DNA of 31,266 nt, taken from positions 1 through 31,266 of the IMG/VR virus record IMGVR_UViG_3300035102_000150; one strand, 5' to 3'. The stretch's first letter is position 1, and the number at the start of each line of letters is the position of its first letter. Source of the stretch: a virus (taxonomy: Duplodnaviria; Caudoviricetes). A program made the position numbers and the translations under genes. Positions 18,371 to 26,515 of the stretch are shown here, in pieces. The notes beneath the pieces were generated by a model. The model was not told where the DNA came from. It saw only the letters and a program-made list of their open reading frames with translations, and made no database searches.

Positions 18371-19475
18371 TAGACAAAACCCCTTCTGTGGCCTCAATGG
18401 CCTGTATCAGGTTTTTGTCTCCCAGTGCCCTGGCGTGGAAACGCGCTTCGTCCAGCATGTTTTTAGCCTGCTGGCCTCTTATTTGACCGCACCTGGTTAG
18501 ACAGGCGGCGTATTGAGGCAGGCCCAGGTTGAAAACAAACTGATCGCCAAGCACGGCCCGTCCCTTATCGTTTACCGCCCTGTAAATGGATACGTACAAT
18601 TCAGCGCCCCTTAGGGCCATGAGAACATCCCCGGACGCTTGCCCCAAATCGCTTAGGCATAGGGCCAGGTCGGGACTGTTGGGAATCGCTTTTATCCCCA
18701 CAGTAACCCACTCAACCGCCTGCTCAAATTTTGCTAAATTCATATAAGCGCAGGCAGCCGCGAAATAAAGCCCCTTGTTTTGGATCAATCCGCCTGATTT
18801 TTCTTTGTACAGCTCAACCCATTTAATAACGGCCTCGTGCTCTCCGGCCATGCCCGCACTTTGGGCCAGGTAAAACATGGCGTCAGTGTCATTGGGGTCG
18901 TCTTCTAGACGCTTTTTTAGCAGGCTGTCCGTGCGCTTCCTCTTGGCTTTCATTTGGTCAGGGGTGAGGTCGTAGCCGTCGTGGTGCAGAATTACGTTTG
19001 GCACCACTGCGGCCTTGTTGCCGCCTTCCACAATTGGCTGATTGTGAACTCGGCCGGAGTACTGGACCTTACCCTTACGGAATAACCGCAACGAATTGAA
19101 GGACATAACCACCCGCCCCTGGCGTTCGTCTGTAGTTTCCAGGGACAGGGCGTTGAGGCTTCCGGGCGCATTTTTGAGGCTAAAATCTAGAGCGTGTAGC
19201 GTCTTGGGATCACCGTCCAGCCATTCGTCGGCATCAATTACTAAACACCAATGACCCGTCGCGTAATTCAAGCTCTGGTTTCTGTGCAGAGAAAAGTCAT
19301 TCTGCCATGGGTGGTGATAAACTTTGGCCCCAAACAATTGGGCTATCTTCACTGTGCGGTCGGTGGAACCGGTATCAACCACTATGATTTCGTCAACCAC
19401 GTGTTTGATGCTCGTTAGGCACCGGGGCAGTTTTTCCTCTTCGTTTCTCACTATCATGCAGGCGGAAAGTCTCAT
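18360..19475 (-). CDS. Glycosyltransferase family 2 with C-terminal TPR-like repeats (SunS / flagellin-glycosyltransferase-like)
   Basis: LSACMIVRNEE, VVDTGSTDRT, WQNDFSLHRN, DADE (DxD), VHNQ, HHDGY, then DPNDTDAMFYLAQ and TPR-like helices. Confidence 0.92.
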   Translation of the reverse strand: MRLSACMIVRNEEEKLPRCLTSIKHVVDEIIVVDTGSTDRTVKIAQLFGAKVYHHPWQNDFSLHRNQSLNYATGHWCLVIDADEWLDGDPKTLHALDFSLKNAPGSLNALSLETTDERQGRVVMSFNSLRLFRKGKVQYSGRVHNQPIVEGGNKAAVVPNVILHHDGYDLTPDQMKAKRKRTDSLLKKRLEDDPNDTDAMFYLAQSAGMAGEHEAVIKWVELYKEKSGGLIQNKGLYFAAACAYMNLAKFEQAVEWVTVGIKAIPNSPDLALCLSDLGQASGDVLMALRGAELYVSIYRAVNDKGRAVLGDQFVFNLGLPQYAACLTRCGQIRGQQAKNMLDEARFHARALGDKNLIQAIEATEGVLSNAA

Positions 19476-21185
19476 TTAAAGCGCCTCCAAATTCGCTCTT
19501 AGGTTATCCAGTGCGTTCCCCCCACCCACAGGTGTTTCGCTCATGGTTTTTGCGGTCTGGGCAGCCCCGGCCATTTGTTCCATGGCCGTTTGCTGTTCGG
19601 CCATTTGCCGTTCCCTGGCTTGTTGTTCCGTCCGCTGTTGGCGTATCTGTTCAACGATCGCGTCATTTCTTACCAGCCTGGCCGGGCTACCTACGTTATC
19701 GTGGTATTCGTCAATCGCTTCATCGAAGTCCAGTTTGTCGAGTGCACTGGGCGGTAATCCCTGCTCTAGCTGTATTTTAGCTAGCCCGGCAATGAAATTA
19801 GTAATTGCCTCAATTGTTTGCAGGTCCTGGAGCTTTTGGGCCTGGGCCAGCATGGATATGTACTCGTACTCGATTTCAACTGCTTCCAACTCTTCGGGCA
19901 TTTGCGGTAACAGATCGGGCCGCATGTTTTGCAGGATGTCTAGCACTCTGTCCAGTATCGGATTGAGCCCTTCAAACGTCATGCGCTCAATTATGGGACC
20001 CAGCATCAATAACTTTTCATGGGCGCGTTCTGACACCTCCCTGGCAGTCATTTGGTGATTTCCGTCAACTTGCTGAATCATCAGGAACATATCCACATAC
20101 AGTGCCTGCTTGATGTCTTCCTGTTTACGGGCAATTCTTATGTCCAAATGCTGCAAATTGGGGTTCGTCTGATAGATTGCATGAATTGCGTTAGGTTGGC
20201 TGGAATTGTAGACATTGTCGCCGCCGGGCAGAGTGTCGAGCTCTTCAGTGGCGCTATTGCTGGGCCGTGCGGTGGGCGGGTCAACGTGTTTATGAAGCGC
20301 TCTTAAACCCGTGCGGTCCATCTGCTGCAACATTTTAGTGTCCGGAAGCACATCGTGCCCTGGCCCTCGACCGTATATGTCCGTCCCGTGCGCGTCCCAA
20401 CGGATCGCCACGAAAGGCTTAACCCTGTAACCGGTTTCGGACAGAAATCGTCTACCGCCCTTTTCCCAGTAGTACTCTGCCCAGGGCATATTTTTGTTAT
20501 CGATTTTAGATCTATCCCGGTCGAGCCTGGGACAGATGCAGTGGATCACTTCGTGCCTGTTGAGCGCAACCTTACTCCCCTTGCTGCATTCGTCTTTAAC
20601 CGTCCGGCTGGCCCTTTCGCCAAAACGCTCATAAATCTGCCTGGCGGGCATCCACACCCGCCTCATCAATGTATGAGGCTGTTTGCCCGTAGGGCCCCAG
20701 AGCACATACTCACCCCACGTCAACGGAATAAAATTAACTACGTTTTCGCGGTCGTACTCGATGACCATAACTGAAGTGCCGAATCCAGGGGTTTCGTAGT
20801 AAACAGACCCGTGCATGGCTTGATAAAAGTTGGAAGCGCGCAGGGTGGCAAAAACAACATCTTCAATTTCTCCTAACCATTCACGGACCCCGGGGCGGTC
20901 CATAAGCTCTTTTTTCTTCAGGCCGAAACGAACCCATTTGGTAGACGGCTTAGTCAGTCCGCCATGTAGGCCAGCGGCTAATATGCGCATGCTTCTACTC
21001 GCGGTACCGTCAACTATTTTGTCTCCACGGTGGCCGCCTTGGTTCGCGGTGTCGCCTTCGGCAGAGAAAAAACCAAAATGCGGCAGGATATAGTCCCGCA
21101 CTTCGCGGTTGTCCTGGTCCCAGGTTGCGCGCTCCGCTTCCAGCCCTGATAACTGCTCTTCCAGCCGCCTGATTTTTTCCATCAT
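19476..21185 (-). CDS. Portal protein (head-tail connector, T7 gp8 family)
   Basis: LAAGLHGGLT, YGRGPG, MTAREVSERAHEKLLMLGPI, YISMLAQAQK motifs. Confidence 0.95.
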   Translation of the reverse strand: MMEKIRRLEEQLSGLEAERATWDQDNREVRDYILPHFGFFSAEGDTANQGGHRGDKIVDGTASRSMRILAAGLHGGLTKPSTKWVRFGLKKKELMDRPGVREWLGEIEDVVFATLRASNFYQAMHGSVYYETPGFGTSVMVIEYDRENVVNFIPLTWGEYVLWGPTGKQPHTLMRRVWMPARQIYERFGERASRTVKDECSKGSKVALNRHEVIHCICPRLDRDRSKIDNKNMPWAEYYWEKGGRRFLSETGYRVKPFVAIRWDAHGTDIYGRGPGHDVLPDTKMLQQMDRTGLRALHKHVDPPTARPSNSATEELDTLPGGDNVYNSSQPNAIHAIYQTNPNLQHLDIRIARKQEDIKQALYVDMFLMIQQVDGNHQMTAREVSERAHEKLLMLGPIIERMTFEGLNPILDRVLDILQNMRPDLLPQMPEELEAVEIEYEYISMLAQAQKLQDLQTIEAITNFIAGLAKIQLEQGLPPSALDKLDFDEAIDEYHDNVGSPARLVRNDAIVEQIRQQRTEQQARERQMAEQQTAMEQMAGAAQTAKTMSETPVGGGNALDNLRANLEAL

Positions 21186-21728
21186 TTAGACCCTCTTAGA
21201 CCCGCCGCCCAGTTTGGGCTTACGAACTTTGTAGTCATCTTCAGCACCCTGACCGCTTGTAAGCAGGTTGGGCCGCCGGCCACTTGCCAGTAAATCCCGT
21301 CGCCGTTTTTTCTCGGCCGCCTGTTTGGCCTGTTCTTCAGACCTCAACCTCTTTTCTTCCTCATATTGCTGCCTGGCTAATTCCGTTTGTTGCCGTGCAT
21401 TCTCGGCCGCCTCTTGGTAATAGCTGAGCTGTTGATTGTAAACCTCTTCCTGCTTTCGCTTTTGGGCCTGCTGATCCTGCCAGGTGTTATAATCTGCTGA
21501 ACTCAGGTGGTATCCTGCGGCAGTGTCTTTTTTCCACGTGCTTTGGTCGTTTATGTCTTCCCCCGGCTCGATATAGTAATTTTCGCCGTCGTAATAAAAA
21601 TGCTTATTGGGGTCTTCTTCCCAGGTTTTGCCCTGATCCCAGCTCGTATAATCGCTGGGAACATGGTTAATTTGTGGCGCTGGCGTCGCAGGTGCCGACG
21701 AACTGCCACCTTTTCCTCCGCCGCCCAT
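21186..21728 (-). CDS. Small virion-associated protein (T7 gp6.7/gp7.3 position)
   Basis: Starts MGGGGKGG; coiled coil; C-terminal GRRPNLLTSGQG...KPKLGG; directly upstream of the portal gene. Confidence 0.7.
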   Translation of the reverse strand: MGGGGKGGSSSAPATPAPQINHVPSDYTSWDQGKTWEEDPNKHFYYDGENYYIEPGEDINDQSTWKKDTAAGYHLSSADYNTWQDQQAQKRKQEEVYNQQLSYYQEAAENARQQTELARQQYEEEKRLRSEEQAKQAAEKKRRRDLLASGRRPNLLTSGQGAEDDYKVRKPKLGGGSKRV

Positions 21729-22090
21729 TATTTATTGGCCTTTCCGCCCAGGAGTGATTGCCTCTGCTTATCCCAGGCTTTTTGTTGTTCGTCGGTTATC
21801 CCGCCGTTATTATCTTGATTATGGTCCAGTCCGTGTTTCAAAATAAACCGCCGCTTTTTTTTGTCCAGTTCAAGCACTTCATCGGACGGCCCAGGGTCTG
21901 AGTCCCCCATGATCTCCATAAATTTGAGCGTCTGCGGAGGCAGACCACTGTCTGTTTTCAATGTTTGGGTCTTCGCGTACGGATCAACCGCCGGGGCTCC
22001 GGTCGTAATATCGAACGCGCCGGGGACCACCGTATATTGTTGTGCTTGCTGTACTGGTGCCGCCGGTGCAGCTCCTTTACCGCCGCCCAT
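21728..22090 (-). CDS. Small virion-associated protein
   Basis: Start revised to ATG 22090 (GGGAGG upstream), giving MGGGKGAAPAAP...; ends SLLGGKANK. Confidence 0.7.
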   Translation of the reverse strand: MGGGKGAAPAAPVQQAQQYTVVPGAFDITTGAPAVDPYAKTQTLKTDSGLPPQTLKFMEIMGDSDPGPSDEVLELDKKKRRFILKHGLDHNQDNNGGITDEQQKAWDKQRQSLLGGKANK

Positions 22091-22598
22091 GCCATTCCTC
22101 CCGAGTGAGAGAAAACATAACAGCATCGTAATGCTGCCCCTGGTAACTGTGTTCCAGGGGGATCACTATCTTATGTGGCCACTTGGCCCTTGTGAGCACC
22201 GCCGTAGCGCCTCTGTTTGCAACGCAGTGCTCAGTGTGAACTACATCAACTCGCCAGCGTCTGAATGCATAATCAGCCAGGAGATTAAACGCCCTGGCAG
22301 GTATGCTGGGGTGCTGTGGATCACCGTAGCCGTGCAGCCATACTCTATGTCCGGGCCTCAGCTCTGAGGCATAAACTACGCCCCTTAGCTGCCCGTCGAC
22401 CTCCACCCCAAAAAAATGCGCATCGATTGCGCGCAACATGAAATTAAAAAACGCGCTTGGATCCCCGTATTTATCGTCGAGTGTCCATGGATTCGCGTCC
22501 AGCCGATCGAGTAGGTAAGGTAGGTGCATGGCGTCGTCCCATGGAACCAGCGCAACCTGGCCTTTTTCGTCAAAATATTTTGGCCCGCAGTATCTCAT
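22077..22598 (-). CDS. GNAT-family (RimJ/RimL-like) acetyltransferase
   Basis: FFGVEVDGQLRGVV, LADYAFRRWRVDVV, ANRGATAVL, YQGQHYDAVMFSLTREEW resemble RimJ/L-type GNAT motifs. Confidence 0.75.
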   Translation of the reverse strand: MRYCGPKYFDEKGQVALVPWDDAMHLPYLLDRLDANPWTLDDKYGDPSAFFNFMLRAIDAHFFGVEVDGQLRGVVYASELRPGHRVWLHGYGDPQHPSIPARAFNLLADYAFRRWRVDVVHTEHCVANRGATAVLTRAKWPHKIVIPLEHSYQGQHYDAVMFSLTREEWHGRR

Positions 22599-23914
22599 TG
22601 CATGTACTCCAGCGGGTTGTATTTACGTTGCGGCCTCATCGTTTGCGTTATTTTTGCGGCTACTTTATTGGGGGTGGGCACTGCAAACGTCATAGCAAAT
22701 GCATCGCCGACGTCAGGGCTTGGTAACCCCCGCGCTTTCATGTTCTTTTTTTTCTCTAGAGCTATGCGCCCCCGCATATCGTATTCGTAAGTAGGAGCTA
22801 CTAAATCTGCCCTTAATTCCTCTGATTGAGGCAACGCCCCACCTTCAACCAGCCACTCCCGCGCACGAAACCACATTTCGGCCCGTAGGTTTGCGTATAA
22901 TTCATCTTGCGCAGCTTTAGACCCAGCCATGACTCGAATGACCGGAATTCTCATGGCCTGCAGATTGGCAACTACACCAGCCCCTACGCCTACACCGTCC
23001 ACGCAAACCAAATCAGGCTGAAATTCATAATATCTTTGAGCCATAACCGCACTGAATTGTGCCGGGTCCAACCCGTGCCAGGTTTCAGGTGGCCAGGCCA
23101 TGAGCCCTTTTCGCATTATCAGCGCGCTCCTGTCGTCTCCAAATTCAGCGGGATCACCAGCTAAAACCAGTGGCGCGTTGATTAATAAACTAGGTTCAAT
23201 GGCCTTACCCATGGCATCATCAACTAGGTCCAGCGGGCAAACAGCGTCTTCAGTTGACGCCCCGAAATCACACAGAAATTCCTGTCGGTACATGGCCTCC
23301 GACATTTCTGATTTAATTTCTTCAAGCTCAGCCGGGGAAAAAACTTCTGTTTTGGTTGCAGGCAGCATAGCTGTAAACCATGCTGATTTTTTAACAGCAT
23401 CGAAATAGAGTCGTGAAAACAAGTTGTAGCCCTTGGGTGTTCCAATGAAAACGGCCCACCCATCATAATCAGAGAGCATGGGCCTTAGGACTTCATCCCA
23501 TAAACTCGGTTTGATTTGGGCAACCTCATCAATTACGCCGCCGTCTAAATAATCACCACGCAAACTGTCCGGGTTATCGGCCCCGTATAGCTGGATAACC
23601 GCGCCGTTCGGCAAAATAGCTGTCAAATCACCCTCTTTCAACTTTGTTCCGGGGATGTGGCTGGTGTAATAACGGATGTATGGCCAGGCTATTTTTTTTG
23701 CCTGGCGATACAACGGCGCAATGTATGCATATTGTGGGCGGGGAAATGTACGGTTATTTATACAGGCCTGTTTAATCAGGTGGTTTACAACTGCGACGGT
23801 TTTCCCAAATCTCCTGTGAGCTACAACAACCCCCCTTTTATGTGATTCCAGCCCCTGGTGGAGACTCGCTTGATGCTCGTTACGCGGTGCGTATGGAATC
23901 ACAGCGTCAGCCAT
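22595..23914 (-). CDS. terL: Terminase large subunit
   Basis: Walker A AHRRFGKT, Walker B GGVIDE, FIGTPKG, nuclease GDPAEFGDD and SPDVGDA. Confidence 0.96.
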   Translation of the reverse strand: MADAVIPYAPRNEHQASLHQGLESHKRGVVVAHRRFGKTVAVVNHLIKQACINNRTFPRPQYAYIAPLYRQAKKIAWPYIRYYTSHIPGTKLKEGDLTAILPNGAVIQLYGADNPDSLRGDYLDGGVIDEVAQIKPSLWDEVLRPMLSDYDGWAVFIGTPKGYNLFSRLYFDAVKKSAWFTAMLPATKTEVFSPAELEEIKSEMSEAMYRQEFLCDFGASTEDAVCPLDLVDDAMGKAIEPSLLINAPLVLAGDPAEFGDDRSALIMRKGLMAWPPETWHGLDPAQFSAVMAQRYYEFQPDLVCVDGVGVGAGVVANLQAMRIPVIRVMAGSKAAQDELYANLRAEMWFRAREWLVEGGALPQSEELRADLVAPTYEYDMRGRIALEKKKNMKARGLPSPDVGDAFAMTFAVPTPNKVAAKITQTMRPQRKYNPLEYMQ

Positions 23915-24254
23915 TATCTGCCCACCTAATTGTAATTTCGGTGTCCTGCTCCACGCGCTGGATGAAATCAGCTTGTGATTTGCCTAATAATTCTGAAGCC
24001 TTCAGGCGGTTTTTCATGTCTGCATCCTGATCCATCATTACTGCAGACCAGAATTTTTGACGTTCTTCGCGAGTTGCTATTGTTGGATTTAACTGTTTTT
24101 TTTCGCGAGCTTTAATTGCGTTTAGTATTTCAACATTTTTCAACAACCGCGCGCCCTGTGACTGCGGTTGCTTATAGCCAGCTATCCGCGCCGCGTCAGT
24201 CGCGTTGCCATTGTATGCCTCCACAAATCTGTTTTGATTGGTAGTAAGCGCCAT
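23907..24254 (-). CDS. terS: Terminase small subunit
   Basis: QNRFVEAY..NATDAARIAGY...GARLL HTH and RLKASELLGK; precedes terL. Confidence 0.93.
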   Translation of the reverse strand: MALTTNQNRFVEAYNGNATDAARIAGYKQPQSQGARLLKNVEILNAIKAREKKQLNPTIATREERQKFWSAVMMDQDADMKNRLKASELLGKSQADFIQRVEQDTEITIRWADNG

Positions 24255-24278
24255 AACAACCTCAAATAGTTCATCTTC

Positions 24279-24287
24279 ATGCTACCC
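24279..24287 (+). repeat. Left copy of 9-bp direct repeat ATGCTACCC
   Basis: Identical 9-mer at 26879-26887, exactly 2600 bp away. Confidence 0.55.
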
Positions 24288-24353
24288 TGCCCTTTTCTTA
24301 AAATAAATATCCATATGTATAGGTATTTTTTTCGTTAAAACCGAATTTTTTAC

Positions 24354-24385
24354 TTGACTCTACATTATATAGATTATATTATGTA
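24354..24385 (+). promoter_or_regulatory. Sigma70-type promoter overlapped by an imperfect palindrome
   Basis: TTGACT (24354-59), 17 bp, TATTAT (24377-82); inverted repeat TACATTATAT-agatt-ATATTATGTA (24361-85, one mismatch); AT-rich upstream. Confidence 0.72.
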
Positions 24386-24413
24386 TATAACGATAGAAAC
24401 AAGGAGAGGAAAA

Positions 24414-25319
24414 ATGAACTTCAAAATCACCGATCTCCAGATTTTCAACATGGCCGACGACGAAAGCGCGGAAGATAATTTTTCCGCCAACATCGCGGTT
24501 AACGATGCTTTCATGATCCAATTCGGCACTGACGGGGAATACAGCATCCCGTCCAGCAATTTAGCGGCCTGGCTTGAAAATGATGTACAAGACCAGGCCG
24601 CCGAGGACTACGAGATTGACGATCTCGTAGAGGCATTGGGACTCCCCGCTTCACCCACAATCAGCGAACTAATTAGAGCATGCGGGATAGCTCCCGACCC
24701 GCATGTAAACACCGGAATTGAAAGGATAATTAATAAAATGGAAAACTTAGTAAATTTCGACGAGCGGACCGCATTGATTAAAGACGACGCTCTTTGTCCT
24801 CATCAGCAAAAAATTTGGCTGATAATTGATTTTGGAAACAGAACAATCGACACAGACACCGACTATAAAGATTCCAGCTATACTAATTTTTACGAAGCGT
24901 ATGGCCATGCTCACCGGTTCCCACTGCCCTTAAACGTAGACGCCGTGGAGTTAAGGTCTTGGATTGACGAGGACATTTTGCCACTGGCTCAAAAAGTGGC
25001 TGATGGCTACGAGTCAGTATGGGACGGCTCTAATCAAATCGCCGAATTTTCCGACGAGGCCGCAGAGGCGCTGGAGCAAATCGAGGCGGAAATAGAGTCC
25101 TGGGACGATGCCACCGGCCCAGTCCTGCCCGAAGGGGGTGGCATGTGGGAAGTAGGGGAGTGGCTCGAAACGTACTCCCCGAATTGGGATTTAGATATTG
25201 ATCAGCTCGCCTCGGAAATCATGGACAGCGCCGAGTACGAAAATGTGGTGCTGTGGGGCGGACGGGAATCGGTAGTGGAATGGTTGGAAGAAAAAAAGGA
25301 AGAGGACGAAGAGGACTGA
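24414..25319 (+). CDS. Highly acidic hypothetical protein (301 aa), apparently two fused domains
   Basis: Start revised to ATG 24414 after AAGGAGAGG. Roughly 70 D/E versus about 15 K/R by hand count; ends EEKKEEDEED. Confidence 0.85.
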   Translation: MNFKITDLQIFNMADDESAEDNFSANIAVNDAFMIQFGTDGEYSIPSSNLAAWLENDVQDQAAEDYEIDDLVEALGLPASPTISELIRACGIAPDPHVNTGIERIINKMENLVNFDERTALIKDDALCPHQQKIWLIIDFGNRTIDTDTDYKDSSYTNFYEAYGHAHRFPLPLNVDAVELRSWIDEDILPLAQKVADGYESVWDGSNQIAEFSDEAAEALEQIEAEIESWDDATGPVLPEGGGMWEVGEWLETYSPNWDLDIDQLASEIMDSAEYENVVLWGGRESVVEWLEEKKEEDEED

Positions 25320-25327
25320 AAGAATAA

Positions 25328-25384
25328 GCCTGGGCAGGCACCACGCTTGCCCAGGCAAGGCCAAAGCGCCCCCAGCGAAGGGGC
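25328..25384 (+). other. Tandem intergenic hairpins
   Basis: GCCTGGGCAGGC-ACCAC-GCTTGCCCAGGC (25328-56) and GCCCC-CAGCGAA-GGGGC (25368-84); no U-tract. Confidence 0.6.
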
Positions 25385-25426
25385 TACAGGAGCATACAAT
25401 ATTCCCCCAAGAAGGCCAATGCTAAA

Positions 25427-26320
25427 ATGAAACAACTAAAATTTTCAAAACTTTTCCAGGTGTTATATAGACACCATATAGAGGAAAATCCCGACCATGT
25501 GCGCCTAATTATTGAGGAAATCGGCAAGGCCAAGGGGCTATTTACCCAACTCGGGGATAAAATTTTAGAAATCGAGGAGGGTTCGCGGTCGGAGGATCCT
25601 GATTTATTTGTAGACACAAGCGAAATTCTTTACGGGATTTGGATGAGCGGGCATAATCGATCGCTTTGGCGGCTAACCCCCAAAACGTTTGAAACGATTT
25701 CAGATACACGGCTAAATTTTATTCCCCCTGAACCCCCAGCGGGGTGGGATGGGCAGGAATACAAGTGCGTGATCGCGGAACCGGCGGGGAACTCCCAACT
25801 TTTGCTGGGGAAATATTCCTCAATTGCATCTTTTTGGGTCCCTGATCACAAAAATCACTGCTACTCCTATTGGGTTTTGCTGGTAGACAAAGACTTTGTG
25901 GCCTCGCAAGCTATTCTTCCTATTCACCCCGATTTTATCCGGGAAAACGAAAAAGTTTTTGAAAAACAACCAGATATTTGGAAGGCCTTGCAGTTCCTTT
26001 TGGCCTTAGGATACTACAATTCTTCACAAGATTTGGCGTTAAGAATTCTGGCCGAACCAGGCCCGATTAAACGAACAGGCAAGAAAAATAAGCCTGTGAA
26101 AAATGGCAAGGGGGAGGTTGTAAGACTATGGAATTATTACGATTTAAAAATTGACACAGAGCGTGTTTACCCCTCAGGGGAAAGCGCGCCTCTGGATAAA
26201 GAGAGACTTAACTTGGAACCAACATGGGTTCGCCCCCATTTTCGCAAAAGCGGTAAATTTGTGGCCGCTTATCACTCCCATCGCTGGCGTAAGCCCTCGG
26301 GAATAAAGAAAAAGATTTAA
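25427..26320 (+). CDS. Hypothetical protein with basic C-terminal WVRPHFRKSGK motif
   Basis: 297-aa ORF in the cassette; no recognised family. Confidence 0.82.
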   Translation: MKQLKFSKLFQVLYRHHIEENPDHVRLIIEEIGKAKGLFTQLGDKILEIEEGSRSEDPDLFVDTSEILYGIWMSGHNRSLWRLTPKTFETISDTRLNFIPPEPPAGWDGQEYKCVIAEPAGNSQLLLGKYSSIASFWVPDHKNHCYSYWVLLVDKDFVASQAILPIHPDFIRENEKVFEKQPDIWKALQFLLALGYYNSSQDLALRILAEPGPIKRTGKKNKPVKNGKGEVVRLWNYYDLKIDTERVYPSGESAPLDKERLNLEPTWVRPHFRKSGKFVAAYHSHRWRKPSGIKKKI

Positions 26321-26329
26321 GGAGGAACC

Positions 26330-26515
26330 ATGCCAACCGAACAAAATATTTTGCTCCGTCTCCCGCCGGAAACCATAGACCGGCTTGACGCGCACTGTGA
26401 AAAAATTAGAAGGCTCACCGGCCTGGCCCCTTCGAGGGGTGAACGCCAGGCTGTGATCAGAATGGCGCTGGAAAAATTTTTGGATAGCGCTGATGGCCAG
26501 GAGGCGGGAAAATGA
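26330..26515 (+). CDS. Ribbon-helix-helix (CopG/Arc-like) DNA-binding protein
   Basis: AAGGAGG RBS; ILLRLPPETIDRLD...RQAVIRMALEKFL strand-helix-helix pattern. Confidence 0.8.
   Translation: MPTEQNILLRLPPETIDRLDAHCEKIRRLTGLAPSRGERQAVIRMALEKFLDSADGQEAGK

Noticed and set aside
24354-24413. TTG start at 24354 given in the ORF track
   Set aside because: That TTG is the -35 box; ATG 24414 has a strong RBS
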